The position numbers and the translations under genes were made by a program. Below are positions 1 through 9,056 of a stretch of DNA of 64,000 nucleotides, in pieces. The stretch is from a bacterium (GTDB taxonomy: Bacteria > UBA8248 > JACPRG01 > G963555815): positions 199,462-263,461 of the forward strand of contig CBDFMI010000005.1 in NCBI GenBank assembly GCA_965249615.1, given 5' to 3'. Position 1 is the first letter of the stretch. Each line of letters starts with the position of its first letter. The notes under the pieces were generated by a model. The model had not been told where the DNA came from. It ran no database searches and saw only the letters and a program-made list of their open reading frames with translations.

Positions 1-142
1 ACAAAAGATCAATCTGTCCCGCGAGACCGTCGTTTGCCAAAAGACTTCAATTGACAAGGCGGATCCCTCGGACTAGATTCGGGGGAGTCGCCCAAGGGTC
101 GAGGCATCTTCACCATCTTCACTCGGAGAATAAGGATTTCCT

Positions 143-1132
143 GTGGATCTCAAACTGACTAGTGCGGGGAGCCATCCCAGGGTAGGGGACGCGCCTGAGG
201 ATCAGCGCCTTCGCCGAGCCCGTCGTCTCTGGGAGGAAGGGGCCCTCTCTGACCCCCAATACCTGGAGACCCAACGTGCCGCGACAGCAGAGGCCATCCA
301 GGAACAGGTGGCGGCGGGGCTGGATCTCGTGACAGACGGTCAAGTCCGCTGGGGGGACCCCGTCTCCTACGTGGCGGGGAACTTCTCCGGCGTCGAGGTC
401 AACGGGCTCCTTCGATACTTTGACACAAATTTCTATTTCAGACAGCCTGTCATGCGAGGGCCCGTCAAACGCAAGGGCCCGCTCCTGATAGAGGACTACC
501 GATACGCGACGAGCGTCTCTGAGAGGCCCGTTAAGCCTATCCTGACCGGACCCTATACCACAGCCCTTCTCTCCATTGTGGAGTGGGAGGGGTATCGGGA
601 TCGAAGGAAGCTTGTGGAAGACTTGGCCCGCGCTCTGGCCGAGGAGGTGGCGGATCTTTCTGCCGCCGGGGCCAGTATCATTCAGATCGACGAGCCCGAA
701 ATCCTGAAACACCCGGAGGACCTTCCTCTCCTGGCCGATGCCCTTGGCCTCCTTGCTGCGAAGAAGGGGAAGGCCCAGCTCGCCCTGTACGTCTACTTCG
801 GAGACGTGTGCCCCCTCTTGGATCGTCTCCTTGATTTGTCTGTGGACGTTTTGGGCCTTGATTTCACTTATTCCAAAGACCTTGCAGAGCGGATCGTCTC
901 AATTTCTCCAGAGAAGGTTTTGGGACTTGGACTGGTGGACGGCCGCAACACCCGCCTGGAGACACCCGGGGAGATGCGCCGGACCTTGGAGGTTGTTCTG
1001 CCCAGCCTGAAAGCGGACCATTGCTATCTGAACCCCTCTTGTGGCCTGGAATATCTTCCCAGGGGTCGGGCCAGAGAGAAGCTGGCCCTTCTTTCCGAGA
1101 TCCGCAGGGACCTAAAGGGAGGGAAGCCGTGA
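143..1132 (+). CDS. metE: Cobalamin-independent methionine synthase, N-terminal (non-catalytic UroD-like barrel) half
   Basis: 329-aa ORF with MetE N-domain-like motifs (PRVG, VTDGQ, FDTNFYF, ILTGPYT, IQIDEPEIL). The stop TGA at 1130-1132 overlaps the GTG at 1129 of the downstream half. Confidence 0.7.
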   Translation: MDLKLTSAGSHPRVGDAPEDQRLRRARRLWEEGALSDPQYLETQRAATAEAIQEQVAAGLDLVTDGQVRWGDPVSYVAGNFSGVEVNGLLRYFDTNFYFRQPVMRGPVKRKGPLLIEDYRYATSVSERPVKPILTGPYTTALLSIVEWEGYRDRRKLVEDLARALAEEVADLSAAGASIIQIDEPEILKHPEDLPLLADALGLLAAKKGKAQLALYVYFGDVCPLLDRLLDLSVDVLGLDFTYSKDLAERIVSISPEKVLGLGLVDGRNTRLETPGEMRRTLEVVLPSLKADHCYLNPSCGLEYLPRGRAREKLALLSEIRRDLKGGKP

Positions 1133-2133
1133 GCCGAGAAAAGCTGAAGGAGCTGGGGCTGGATCTTCCCCTTCTCCCGACGACGACGGTGGGGAGTTTT
1201 CCAAAGCCTGAGGCCCTGCGGGAGGCGAGGACTCAGTTCAATCGAGGTGCCATCAGTCGGGAGCGTCTGGAGGATGAGGAGCGTCGGGCGACAGAGGCCT
1301 GGATCACCTTTCAGCAGGAGGTGGGACTCGACCTCCTAGTGGACGGGGAGATGTATCGGGGCGACATGGTGGCCTACTTTGCCGAGACCCTAAAAGGTTT
1401 TGGACGGGGGGGTCTCGTTCGCTCGTACGGGAATCGCTACTATCACAAGCCCGCCATTGTGGGAGAGGTGAAGTGGGAGGGACCCATCACCACCCAGTGG
1501 TGGAAATTCGCCCAGGGCCTCTCGAGCCGTCCGGTCAAGGGGATGCTGACCGGCCCTTACACCATCATGGATTGGTCGTTTAATGAATATTATCCCGATC
1601 GAAAAGCCGCCTGTTTCGCCCTGGCCAAAGAGATCAGAAAGGAAGTGGAGGCCCTAGGGGAGGCGGGCGCCAAGGTGGTTCAGGTCGATGAGCCCGCCCT
1701 GTCGGTGCGCCCAGAGGAGCTCCCCTTCGCTCTTGAAGCCATGAGGATGGTCACGGAGGGCCTTCCTCTGTATTTCGTCTCCCACATCTGCTACGGGGCC
1801 TTTGAGCTGGTCTACCCCGCAATCCTCGACCTTGCCGTCGATAACCTTGACCTTGAGATGTCCAACAGCGAGCTCGACCTCCTGAAACTCTTTGAAAAGC
1901 ACCCTTTCAAAAAGGACCTCTCCTTCGGCGTCCTGGATGTTCACTCTCATCAGATAGAATCCGCCAAGAAGGTGGAGGCAAGGCTCCGCGCTGCCCTGCG
2001 CTTGCTCTCGCCCGAGGCCCTCTGGGTGGACCCTGATTGCGGCCTCAAGACCCGTAACGAAGAGGAGGCGCGAGGGAAGATCCAGGTGATGATGGAAGTG
2101 GTGAAGAAGATACGAGGGGAACTCGCTCGCTGA
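1129..2133 (+). CDS. metE: Cobalamin-independent methionine synthase, catalytic C-terminal half (Zn site: HICYG / DPDCGLKTR)
   Basis: Starts LPTTTVGSFPKPEAL, which is the typical beginning of the MetE C-domain, and carries the conserved His/Cys/Glu/Cys Zn-ligand motifs. The frame is offset from the upstream half by 1 nt in an AAAGGGAGGG run. This is either a one-base artefact splitting a single metE or two translationally coupled genes. Confidence 0.8.
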   Translation: MSREKLKELGLDLPLLPTTTVGSFPKPEALREARTQFNRGAISRERLEDEERRATEAWITFQQEVGLDLLVDGEMYRGDMVAYFAETLKGFGRGGLVRSYGNRYYHKPAIVGEVKWEGPITTQWWKFAQGLSSRPVKGMLTGPYTIMDWSFNEYYPDRKAACFALAKEIRKEVEALGEAGAKVVQVDEPALSVRPEELPFALEAMRMVTEGLPLYFVSHICYGAFELVYPAILDLAVDNLDLEMSNSELDLLKLFEKHPFKKDLSFGVLDVHSHQIESAKKVEARLRAALRLLSPEALWVDPDCGLKTRNEEEARGKIQVMMEVVKKIRGELAR

Positions 2134-2138
2134 GCGGC

Positions 2139-3232
2139 TTAATTTCTTCTCTTTATTAGATCTCGGGTCCTCTCAAAGGATGTTCCATCCCCCCGTTTGA
2201 TCCGGGAAATCCCACACCCCTTCATCTTCTGGTAAAGAGTTTTTCGGTCGATCTGGAGGACGCGGGCCGCCCTCGATCGATTGTTTTTGGCGAGGTTCAG
2301 GGCCGTCTGGATGGCCTCCCGCTCGACCTGATCGACGATGCGCTGACTCATCTCCGTCAAGCTCAAGCCCTCCTCCAGCCAGGACGCGATGTCCACGCGG
2401 CTATTGTTCCCACTGGAGCCGTTCTTGCCGTTCATAAAGCTTAAATGTTCTGGTCCGATGACCCCCTTGGCCAGGAGCATGGCGCGCCGGACAATGTTTC
2501 TCAGCTCTCGCACATTGCCCGGGAAAGGATAGGCGAGGAGTGTGTCCAGGGCCTCTTTCGAGAACCCTTTGACCTCCTTGTTCAACTCCGCGCTGGTTTC
2601 CTCCCGGAAGCGATTGGCCAGGGAGGGAGGTCTTCTTTTCTCTCTCGAAGGGCCGGGACCTTGATGGTGAACTCGCTCAGTCGGTGATAGAGGTCCGCCC
2701 GGAATCTTCCCTTTTTCACCTCCTCCTCGAGATTCGCATTGGTGGCCACCAGGATTCGCACCTCCATCGGAACGGGCTTTTTGCCCCCGATGGGCAGGAA
2801 CGCCTTTGCCTCCAGGACCCTCAGAAACTTGCGCTGCATCTCCGGCGTGAGGCCCGTGATCTCATCCAGGAGCAGGGTCCCACCCTTGGCCACCGCCAGG
2901 AGTCCCTGGACCTTTGAGTCAGCCCCTGTGAAGGCCCCCTTCTCGTGGCCGAAGAGCTCGCTCTCAAAGAGCGACCCTGACATGGCCCCGCAGTCGACGC
3001 CGAGGAAGGGCGAAGCCTTTCTGTTGCTTCGCTGGTGGATCTGGCGGGCGACGACCTCTTTGCCTGTCCCCGTCTCTCCTTGGATGACGACGGTGTAATC
3101 GGTCTTTGCGATTTGCTCCACCGCGAAGGAGAGATCTTCGATGGCCCGGCTTCTCCCCATCAGGGGTTTGAGCCCATGGGGGCCTGTGCCCCGAAGGGTC
3201 GCCGCGTCCGTTGAGAGATTAAGGCTGCTCAC
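2139..3232 (-). CDS. σ54-dependent transcriptional activator (AAA+ σ54-interaction domain plus Fis-type HTH), no receiver domain; apparent frameshift
   Basis: The AAA ORF (2582-3232) has GETGTGKE, GAFTGA and ESELFGHEKGAFTGA motifs. The C-terminal HTH continues in another frame (2139-2585: NVRELRNIVRRA ... helix-turn-helix). One missing base in the GAGGGAGG run at about 2621-2630 restores the continuous LRERKEDLPLLANRFREET... reading. GTG start at 3232 with GGGAGG 9 nt upstream. Confidence 0.75.
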
Positions 3233-3266
3233 CGCGCATCACCTCCCGCCTGAGGGCCTGGGGCCC

Positions 3267-3638
3267 TCAGTTCGCCATCAAACTGAGGATCTTGAGCCAC
3301 ACGCTCTTCTCGAGATAGTTGAGGTCCAGGGGTTTCGTGATGTAATCGTCGGCCCCCATCTGACGGGCCAAGCGAATGACCTCTTCGTCCATTACCCCGG
3401 TGATCATGATCACCCCAAGATTGGGGTTCTTCTCCTTCGCCTGGGCCAGGACCTCCATCCCGTCCATCCCCGGCATGCGAACGTCGAGGAGCATCACGAG
3501 GGGCTTCTCGGAGACCACCTTGCTGAGAGCCTCCTCGCCCCCGCTAGCGGTGATCGGTTCATACCCCTTTCCCTGGAAGAATTCTCCCAGGGTTTGGCAG
3601 GTCAGGGGCTCGTCATCTACGATCAGGATCTTTTTCAT
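3267..3638 (-). CDS. Single-domain response regulator (CheY-like receiver)
   Basis: 123-aa REC domain (ILIVDDE ... LLDVRMPGMDGMEVL ... KPLDLNYL). Its own stop lies 35 nt before the GTG/RBS of the downstream σ54 activator, so it is probably a separate gene rather than a frameshifted NtrC N-terminus. Confidence 0.7.
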   Translation of the reverse strand: MKKILIVDDEPLTCQTLGEFFQGKGYEPITASGGEEALSKVVSEKPLVMLLDVRMPGMDGMEVLAQAKEKNPNLGVIMITGVMDEEVIRLARQMGADDYITKPLDLNYLEKSVWLKILSLMAN

Positions 3639-4471
3639 GGACGCTCTCCTTCAACGAGGGCTGGGAGCTCGACACGAAAGGTGGAGCCCTTCCCCTCCGC
3701 GCTCTCTGCGCTGATTTTGCCGTCATAGTTTTCGACAATCTCACGACAGATCGATAAACCCAGCCCCGTCCCCTGGTCCTGAGGCTTGGTTGTAAAAAAG
3801 GGTTCGAAAAGCTTGAGCAGGTTTTCCCTCGAGATTCCATGGCCCGTGTCAGAGAAGGAGACCTCTACCGTCTTCTTTCCGTTGACCCCCTTCACCCGTG
3901 CCGAGACTGTGAGGGAGCCTCCCTGGGGCATGGCGTCCTTGGCATTGGAGATCAGATTCAGGAAGGCCTGGGAGAGCCGGCGGCGATCGGCCTGAATTTC
4001 GGGGAGCCCCTGGGCCAGCTCCTTTTGCAGGCGGACGTTGGCCAACTGGAGCTCTCGGCCAAGTAAAGAGAGGGTTTCTTCGATCACCTCATCGACCGGC
4101 ATGCTGGTTTGTATGATGGTCTCTTTCCGCGAAAACCGGCGAAGCTGGTCTGTGATGTTAACAATCCGCTGGACCTGCTCGAGGATCCCTTGGAACCTTT
4201 CCTTGAGAGGATGTTCCAGATCGGGGCTCGTGAGGGCGAGCTGGGCCTGCATGGAGATGATGCTGAGGGGATTTAAGATTTCGTGGCAGGCCCCTGCCGT
4301 CAGCCGGCCAAGGGAGGCGAGCTTCTCAGAGGAGATGAGTCGTTCCCGGGCCTCTCTTGTCCACCCGTTTTGGCGTGGCGAGGATTTTTGGGGGACGGCC
4401 CCCGCCTTCGCCGCCGGTTTTCGTCGCCTCTCTTTTTTGACCTTCATTTCTTTCACCCTTCCTGGTTCCAA
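3635..4471 (-). CDS. Histidine kinase (HisKA plus HATPase_c), soluble, basic N-terminal tail
   Basis: H-box region LASLGRLTAGACHEILNPLS, with N/G1/G2 boxes (LISNAKDAM, DTGHGI, GTGLGLSICREIV). No transmembrane segments. Overlaps the upstream and downstream genes by a few nt, consistent with an operon. Confidence 0.8.
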   Translation of the reverse strand: MEPGRVKEMKVKKERRRKPAAKAGAVPQKSSPRQNGWTREARERLISSEKLASLGRLTAGACHEILNPLSIISMQAQLALTSPDLEHPLKERFQGILEQVQRIVNITDQLRRFSRKETIIQTSMPVDEVIEETLSLLGRELQLANVRLQKELAQGLPEIQADRRRLSQAFLNLISNAKDAMPQGGSLTVSARVKGVNGKKTVEVSFSDTGHGISRENLLKLFEPFFTTKPQDQGTGLGLSICREIVENYDGKISAESAEGKGSTFRVELPALVEGERP

Positions 4472-4478
4472 CGCGCCC

Positions 4479-5012
4479 TTAGCGCTTCCTAACGACCTCT
4501 TGCACGACTGTCTCTATGTCCACCAGCGAGACGGGCTTTCTCAGGATCATGAAAGGGCCCATTTCGAGGGCCTGACGGAGGAGGGCCTCATCTGACGTAG
4601 ATGTGATGACAACGACCTTGGCGCTGGGGGCAAACTTCTTGACGGCCCTAAAGACCTCAACCCCGTTCATCCCCGGCAGCTTGAGGTCGAGGAAGACGAG
4701 ATCAAACTGCCCTTGCCTGGCCAGGTCGATGGCCTCCTCTCCGGTTTGAGTCGTGACGACACCGTACGGGAGAAGAAAGGACATCTCTTTGAACGAGTTG
4801 CAGACGCTCTCTTCGTCATCTACCACCAAGACCCGGGGGCCCGGGCGAGTCCCCTGGCCATCAAGCCAACTCTCCAGTGTCTGCTGGCGGAGGCGCCACT
4901 GTCCGCCGACCTTGAAGGCGGGGATCTTCCGCTGGTTCACAAGGGCGTAGAGGGTGGAGAGGCCCACCTTTAAGTAGTCCGCCGCTTGACGTAGCGTGAG
5001 GATGTTATCCAT
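4479..5012 (-). CDS. Response regulator with N-terminal excisionase/MerR-like HTH and C-terminal receiver domain
   Basis: N-terminus LTLRQAADYLKVGLSTLYALVNQRKIPAFKVGGQWRLRQQTLESWL resembles the excisionase-family HTH. C-terminus VLVVDDEE ... FLDLKLPGMNG ... is a REC domain. Confidence 0.75.
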   Translation of the reverse strand: MDNILTLRQAADYLKVGLSTLYALVNQRKIPAFKVGGQWRLRQQTLESWLDGQGTRPGPRVLVVDDEESVCNSFKEMSFLLPYGVVTTQTGEEAIDLARQGQFDLVFLDLKLPGMNGVEVFRAVKKFAPSAKVVVITSTSDEALLRQALEMGPFMILRKPVSLVDIETVVQEVVRKR

Positions 5013-5292
5013 AGGGAAAACCCTACCAAGATTCCTCGATGTTTGCTACTTCTCTTATTTTTTAGTGATTATATACTTAAAATAATGGACTTATATAATT
5101 TGTCAAAAAAAATATTTAATTACTTTTATTAACAATAAAAATATAATAATAGTGTTTAATATTCTGAATATTATTGAATAATGTTTAATATTACTATGGC
5201 TTTAATGTTTATATGTAAACTCATTGAATATGCTTTTGTTATTATCAAAATACAAGCGGCTCTTGAGGGGTCCCAGGGGTCATATTGGTGAT

Positions 5293-5348
5293 AATGTACA
5301 TTAACGGTGGACATACAGGGGAGAAATGTACATCCATTGTGGACATCT
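5293..5348. promoter_or_regulatory. Tandem direct repeats (AATGTACAT-N-GTGGACAT, twice) giving four TGKACAT half-sites; candidate regulator/enhancer-binding sites
   Basis: 5293-5316 AATGTACATTAACGGTGGACATAC and 5325-5348 AATGTACATCCATTGTGGACATCT, with 32-bp periodicity. ATGTACAT is itself palindromic. Confidence 0.3.
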
Positions 5349-5482
5349 GGCTTAGCACTCGAAATGGGCCATCCGATCTCTTAGACGTGCGCGTGCCCGA
5401 TAGGCTCTGGCCAGATATCCCCCAAAGTCGCCCCCCCTTCAGCCGATATCCATCTCAGCAAAATTCTTCAGGGGACAAGCGG

Positions 5483-5498
5483 TGGCAAAAATTTAGCA
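5483..5498 (+). promoter_or_regulatory. Candidate σ54 (-24/-12) promoter TGGCA-N-TAGCA oriented toward mlaE
   Basis: TGGCAAAAATTTAGCA: GG at 5484-5485 and GC at 5496-5497 with exactly 10 nt between (GG-N10-GC core), and 5 of 6 matches to the TGGCAC -24 box. rpoN and σ54 activators are encoded in the window. Confidence 0.25.
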
Positions 5499-5673
5499 CC
5501 TAAAATCTGTTGCGGAGATGGAGCGCTCGGCTTTCTTGTTTCTTCCTTATGTAGAAGGCCGGGGGCCATTTTGTTTGAGGAATACCTTTCGCCGGCGTGG
5601 GTTTTGGGGTAAAATTCGACCGTTTTTTCCTTTGGGTCTTGCTGTGAATTGAGGAGAGGAGAGGAACGGGGCT

Positions 5674-6435
5674 TTGATCCAATATCTCGGGAGCATGGGC
5701 CTTTTCGTCGTCCAGGAGATGGGACGGATGCTCCTTTTTCTCCTTGCGGCCGTTCAAGGCGCCTTTCGGCCCCCCCTTCGCTTGGGGCTCATTGTCAAAC
5801 GGATCAACTTTATCGGGGTTAAGTCTCTTTTTGTCATTGCCCTGACGGCTGCCTTTACGGGGATGGTGCTTGCCCTTCAAGGTTTCTTCACGCTCCAAAA
5901 GTTTGGAGCCGAGGGACTCCTTGGATCCGCGGTGGCCCTCAGCCTCATCCGAGAGTTGGGGCCCGTCCTCGCTGCCCTCATGGTGACGGGGCGGGCGGGT
6001 TCTGCGATGACGGCAGAGATCGGCATCATGGCCATCACCGAGCAGATTGATGCCCTCCGTGCTATGGCGGTGAACCCCATCAAATATTTAGTCGTCCCGA
6101 ATCTCATCGCAGGACTCATCGCGGTCCCCCTCTTGACCGCTCTATTTGATCTGATTGGGATATTCGGGGGTTTTGTCGTGGGCGTGAAGCTCCTGGGGCT
6201 AAGCTCGGGGGCCTATTTTGGCCAGATGGAGGCCAGCGTGAGTTTTCAGGATATCAGCAGTGGTTTCTGGAAGTCGGTGAGCTTTGGGTTTCTGCTGACG
6301 CTGGTTGCGTGCTATAAAGGGTACTTTGCCCGCCACGGGGCCGAGGGAGTCAGCAAGGCGACGACACAGTCGGTCGTCATGGCCTCCGTCCTCATTCTGG
6401 TGTGGGACTATTTCATGACGTCGCTGTTCTTCTGA
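5674..6435 (+). CDS. mlaE: Phospholipid ABC transporter permease MlaE
   Basis: 253-aa multi-TM protein with strong MlaE/Ttg2B similarity (ITEQIDALRAMAVNPIKYLVVP ...). Confidence 0.85.
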   Translation: MIQYLGSMGLFVVQEMGRMLLFLLAAVQGAFRPPLRLGLIVKRINFIGVKSLFVIALTAAFTGMVLALQGFFTLQKFGAEGLLGSAVALSLIRELGPVLAALMVTGRAGSAMTAEIGIMAITEQIDALRAMAVNPIKYLVVPNLIAGLIAVPLLTALFDLIGIFGGFVVGVKLLGLSSGAYFGQMEASVSFQDISSGFWKSVSFGFLLTLVACYKGYFARHGAEGVSKATTQSVVMASVLILVWDYFMTSLFF

Positions 6436-6463
6436 GGTCGGGAGGCTTTTTGGGAGAGGGACC

Positions 6464-6910
6464 ATGAAGCGTGGAACGACTGAGACGATGGTTGGACTCT
6501 TCGTCCTGTTAGGCATTGCCGCCCTGGCCTACCTGGCCTTCCAGCTCGGGGACGTGCAATTCTTGGGCAGCCAAAACTATACGGTGAGGGCCATCTTCCC
6601 CTCGGTCACCGGCCTCAAGGAGGGGGCGGGTGTGGAGATCGCAGGGGTGGAGGTGGGAAAGGTGACGAGCATCTCGCTCCATGAGGACCGGGCTTTGGTC
6701 ACCCTCCGGCTCCAGAAAGAAGTCGTTCTTGTCGAGGATGTGATCGCCTCAGTCAGGACCAAGGGCCTCATCGGGGACAAGTATGTCCAGCTCGCTCCAG
6801 GTGGATCAGACACGACCATTCAGGCTGGGGGCCGGATTCGAGAGACGGTGCCGCCTGTGGATCTAGAAGAACTCATCGGCCAATTCATCTTCGGTCGGAT
6901 AGATCAGTAG
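6464..6910 (+). CDS. mlaD: MCE-domain protein MlaD
   Basis: N-terminal TM anchor plus MCE domain (VRAIFPSVTGLKEGAGVEIAGVEVGKVTSI). Confidence 0.8.
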   Translation: MKRGTTETMVGLFVLLGIAALAYLAFQLGDVQFLGSQNYTVRAIFPSVTGLKEGAGVEIAGVEVGKVTSISLHEDRALVTLRLQKEVVLVEDVIASVRTKGLIGDKYVQLAPGGSDTTIQAGGRIRETVPPVDLEELIGQFIFGRIDQ

Positions 6911-6973
6911 AGGTGAGGCCCCCTGAAGCAGGGTAGGGGGCTCGGTCCTGAGACATGAGAGGGAGAGGAAAGC

Positions 6974-8452
6974 ATGAATATTTTCTCTAAGGGGTTCAGG
7001 GTGTCAATCAGCAGGGGTACAGTCCTCCTCGCAGGGGGAGCCCTCCTTGGGGTCTTGACCCTTCCCGCATTTGCCCAAGAAACCCCAGGGAGGCGGGTCG
7101 TCAACCTTGACGAGGCCATCCGTCTCGCTCTTCAGAATAACGCCGAGATCAAAGAGTCTAAGGAGGGCATATCCGGGGCCCTGGGGAAAAAGAGGCAAGC
7201 GGATGCAGCCCAATTTGCCCAGGCGGACCTCGTGGGCTTCCTTGGGCCCTCGCCCCAAGCCCGGGGAAACCAAATCGTCTCCCCGGACGATGTGGATAGA
7301 CCCACCATCAATGGGGTCTTCACGCGGGCCATCGTCAACATCGTCCAGCCCATCTTCACCTTCGGCGAGATTAGCGGGCTTCGGGAGGCAGCCTCCTCGG
7401 GGGTGAGAGTGGAGGAGGCCAGGGTCCAAGAAAAATCGTCCAAGGTCATTGTGGCAGTGAAGCAGTTCTACTACGGGGTGATCCTGGCACGGGAGCTAAG
7501 GACCCTCGCCCAGGAGGTCATGGATCAGCTGGATGGCGCCAAGCAAAAGTTAAGGGAACTCCTTGACGGGGGGGCCGTCTCGGTGGATGAAGTGGCCCTC
7601 TGGAAGCTCGAGGCTTTTCAGGGGACGGTCGAGACCGGCCTCCATGAGGCTGAGAAGGCCGTCGAGCTCGCCCTGGGGGCCCTTAAATTCACCTTGGGGT
7701 TTGGCCCCAATGAGGACCTCGACGTGGCTGACCGGCGGCTTATCATGGAGCAAAAGTCGCTGGAGTCCCTTCCCTTTTATCAGGAGAGGTCCTTTGAGCT
7801 TCGCCCGGAGTTCACCCAGATCCAAGAGGGGCTGAAAGCCCTTCGGGCCCTCGTGCGGGTGGAAAAGAGCAAGTACTACCCGAAATTCTTCGTCGGGGCC
7901 CTGGCCGATGCGGCTGAGGCCGGAAACAGGACCGACATTAACAACCCCTTCATCAATGACGAGCTAAACCATGAGACGTTGGGCGTCGCCGTGGGTTTCA
8001 AGTGGGCCTTCAATTTCGGCATCACGACGGGGAAGGTCCAGGTGGCCCGGGCGGAGGTGGCCAAGCTGGAGCACAAGAAAAGCTTTGCTGAAGGGGGTAT
8101 CCCCCTCGAGGTCAAGAAGGCCTATGAAGAGGTAATGGAGGCCGACAAAAACTTTGCAGTGACTGAGACCTCCTACCAATCGGCTCGAAAGTGGCTGGTC
8201 GCCTCTGTTGCAAACTTTGACCTGGGGATTGGAGATCCGGAAGAGATCTTTGAGGCCCTGGAACAGTATGCGAAGATGCGAGTGAGGAACTTCCAGTCAA
8301 TGTATGAGCATAACCTGGCTGTGGCGATGTTGGAGCACGCGAGCGGCCTCCTGGTGGTGGCGGTGGATCAGACTGGGGAGGCTGAGGAAGAGAAGCCGGC
8401 GGAGCAGGCTAGGGAGGAGAAGGGTATTGACGATGATGAAAGCGTTTCTTAA
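6974..8452 (+). CDS. TolC-family outer-membrane efflux protein
   Basis: Signal peptide, LDEAIRLALQNNAEIK OEP motif, two-repeat architecture, 492 aa. Confidence 0.7.
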   Translation: MNIFSKGFRVSISRGTVLLAGGALLGVLTLPAFAQETPGRRVVNLDEAIRLALQNNAEIKESKEGISGALGKKRQADAAQFAQADLVGFLGPSPQARGNQIVSPDDVDRPTINGVFTRAIVNIVQPIFTFGEISGLREAASSGVRVEEARVQEKSSKVIVAVKQFYYGVILARELRTLAQEVMDQLDGAKQKLRELLDGGAVSVDEVALWKLEAFQGTVETGLHEAEKAVELALGALKFTLGFGPNEDLDVADRRLIMEQKSLESLPFYQERSFELRPEFTQIQEGLKALRALVRVEKSKYYPKFFVGALADAAEAGNRTDINNPFINDELNHETLGVAVGFKWAFNFGITTGKVQVARAEVAKLEHKKSFAEGGIPLEVKKAYEEVMEADKNFAVTETSYQSARKWLVASVANFDLGIGDPEEIFEALEQYAKMRVRNFQSMYEHNLAVAMLEHASGLLVVAVDQTGEAEEEKPAEQAREEKGIDDDESVS

Positions 8453-9056
8453 CAGTTGGGCGAAGTGGGCGCTTTTAGGGGCGTTCCTGGCGGGCTTTAC
8501 AATCGGGGAGCCCCTGGAGGCGCAACCGAGGAGTGAGCTGAAGGGGACAGTGGACGAGGTCCTCACTATCCTGAAGAACCCGAGCTTAAAGGGGGCGGGC
8601 AACGACCAGACCCGCCGTGACCTCCTCCGTTCGGCCATTGGCCCGCGGTTCGATTACCGCGAGATGGCCAAGCGTTCCCTCGCACGGCACTGGAGGGATC
8701 TTTCCGACGAGGAGAGGGAAGAGTTCGTCGAGGTCTTCGCAGACCTCCTGCAACAGTCCTATGTATCTAAAATCGAGGCTTTCACAGATCAAGAGATTGT
8801 CTATCCAGAGGAGCGGATTGACGAGAATTTCGCCGAAGTCGAGACCAAGATCGTCATAGAGTCGGGGCGGGAAGTCCCGATCGATTATCGTCTATACGAG
8901 ACCGAGACGGGTTGGCGCGTCTATGACGTCATCATCGAAGGTGTCAGCCTTGTTAGCAACTACCGCTCTCAGTTCAACCGCATCATCAACCAGGATTCCT
9001 ACGATGCGCTCCTGAATCGGATGCACACAAAGCAAGAAGAAGAAGTGGCCAATTGA
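8436..9056 (+). CDS. mlaC: Periplasmic phospholipid-binding protein MlaC (Ttg2D/toluene-tolerance family)
   Basis: Signal peptide followed by an MlaC-like sequence (FDYREMAKRSLARHWRDLSDEEREEFVEVFADLL). Confidence 0.75.
   Translation: MKAFLNSWAKWALLGAFLAGFTIGEPLEAQPRSELKGTVDEVLTILKNPSLKGAGNDQTRRDLLRSAIGPRFDYREMAKRSLARHWRDLSDEEREEFVEVFADLLQQSYVSKIEAFTDQEIVYPEERIDENFAEVETKIVIESGREVPIDYRLYETETGWRVYDVIIEGVSLVSNYRSQFNRIINQDSYDALLNRMHTKQEEEVAN

Noticed and set aside
119-712. 197-aa ORF on the minus strand
   Set aside because: Antisense to a well-supported MetE-homologous ORF. High-GC genomes generate long spurious antisense ORFs. No recognizable motifs.
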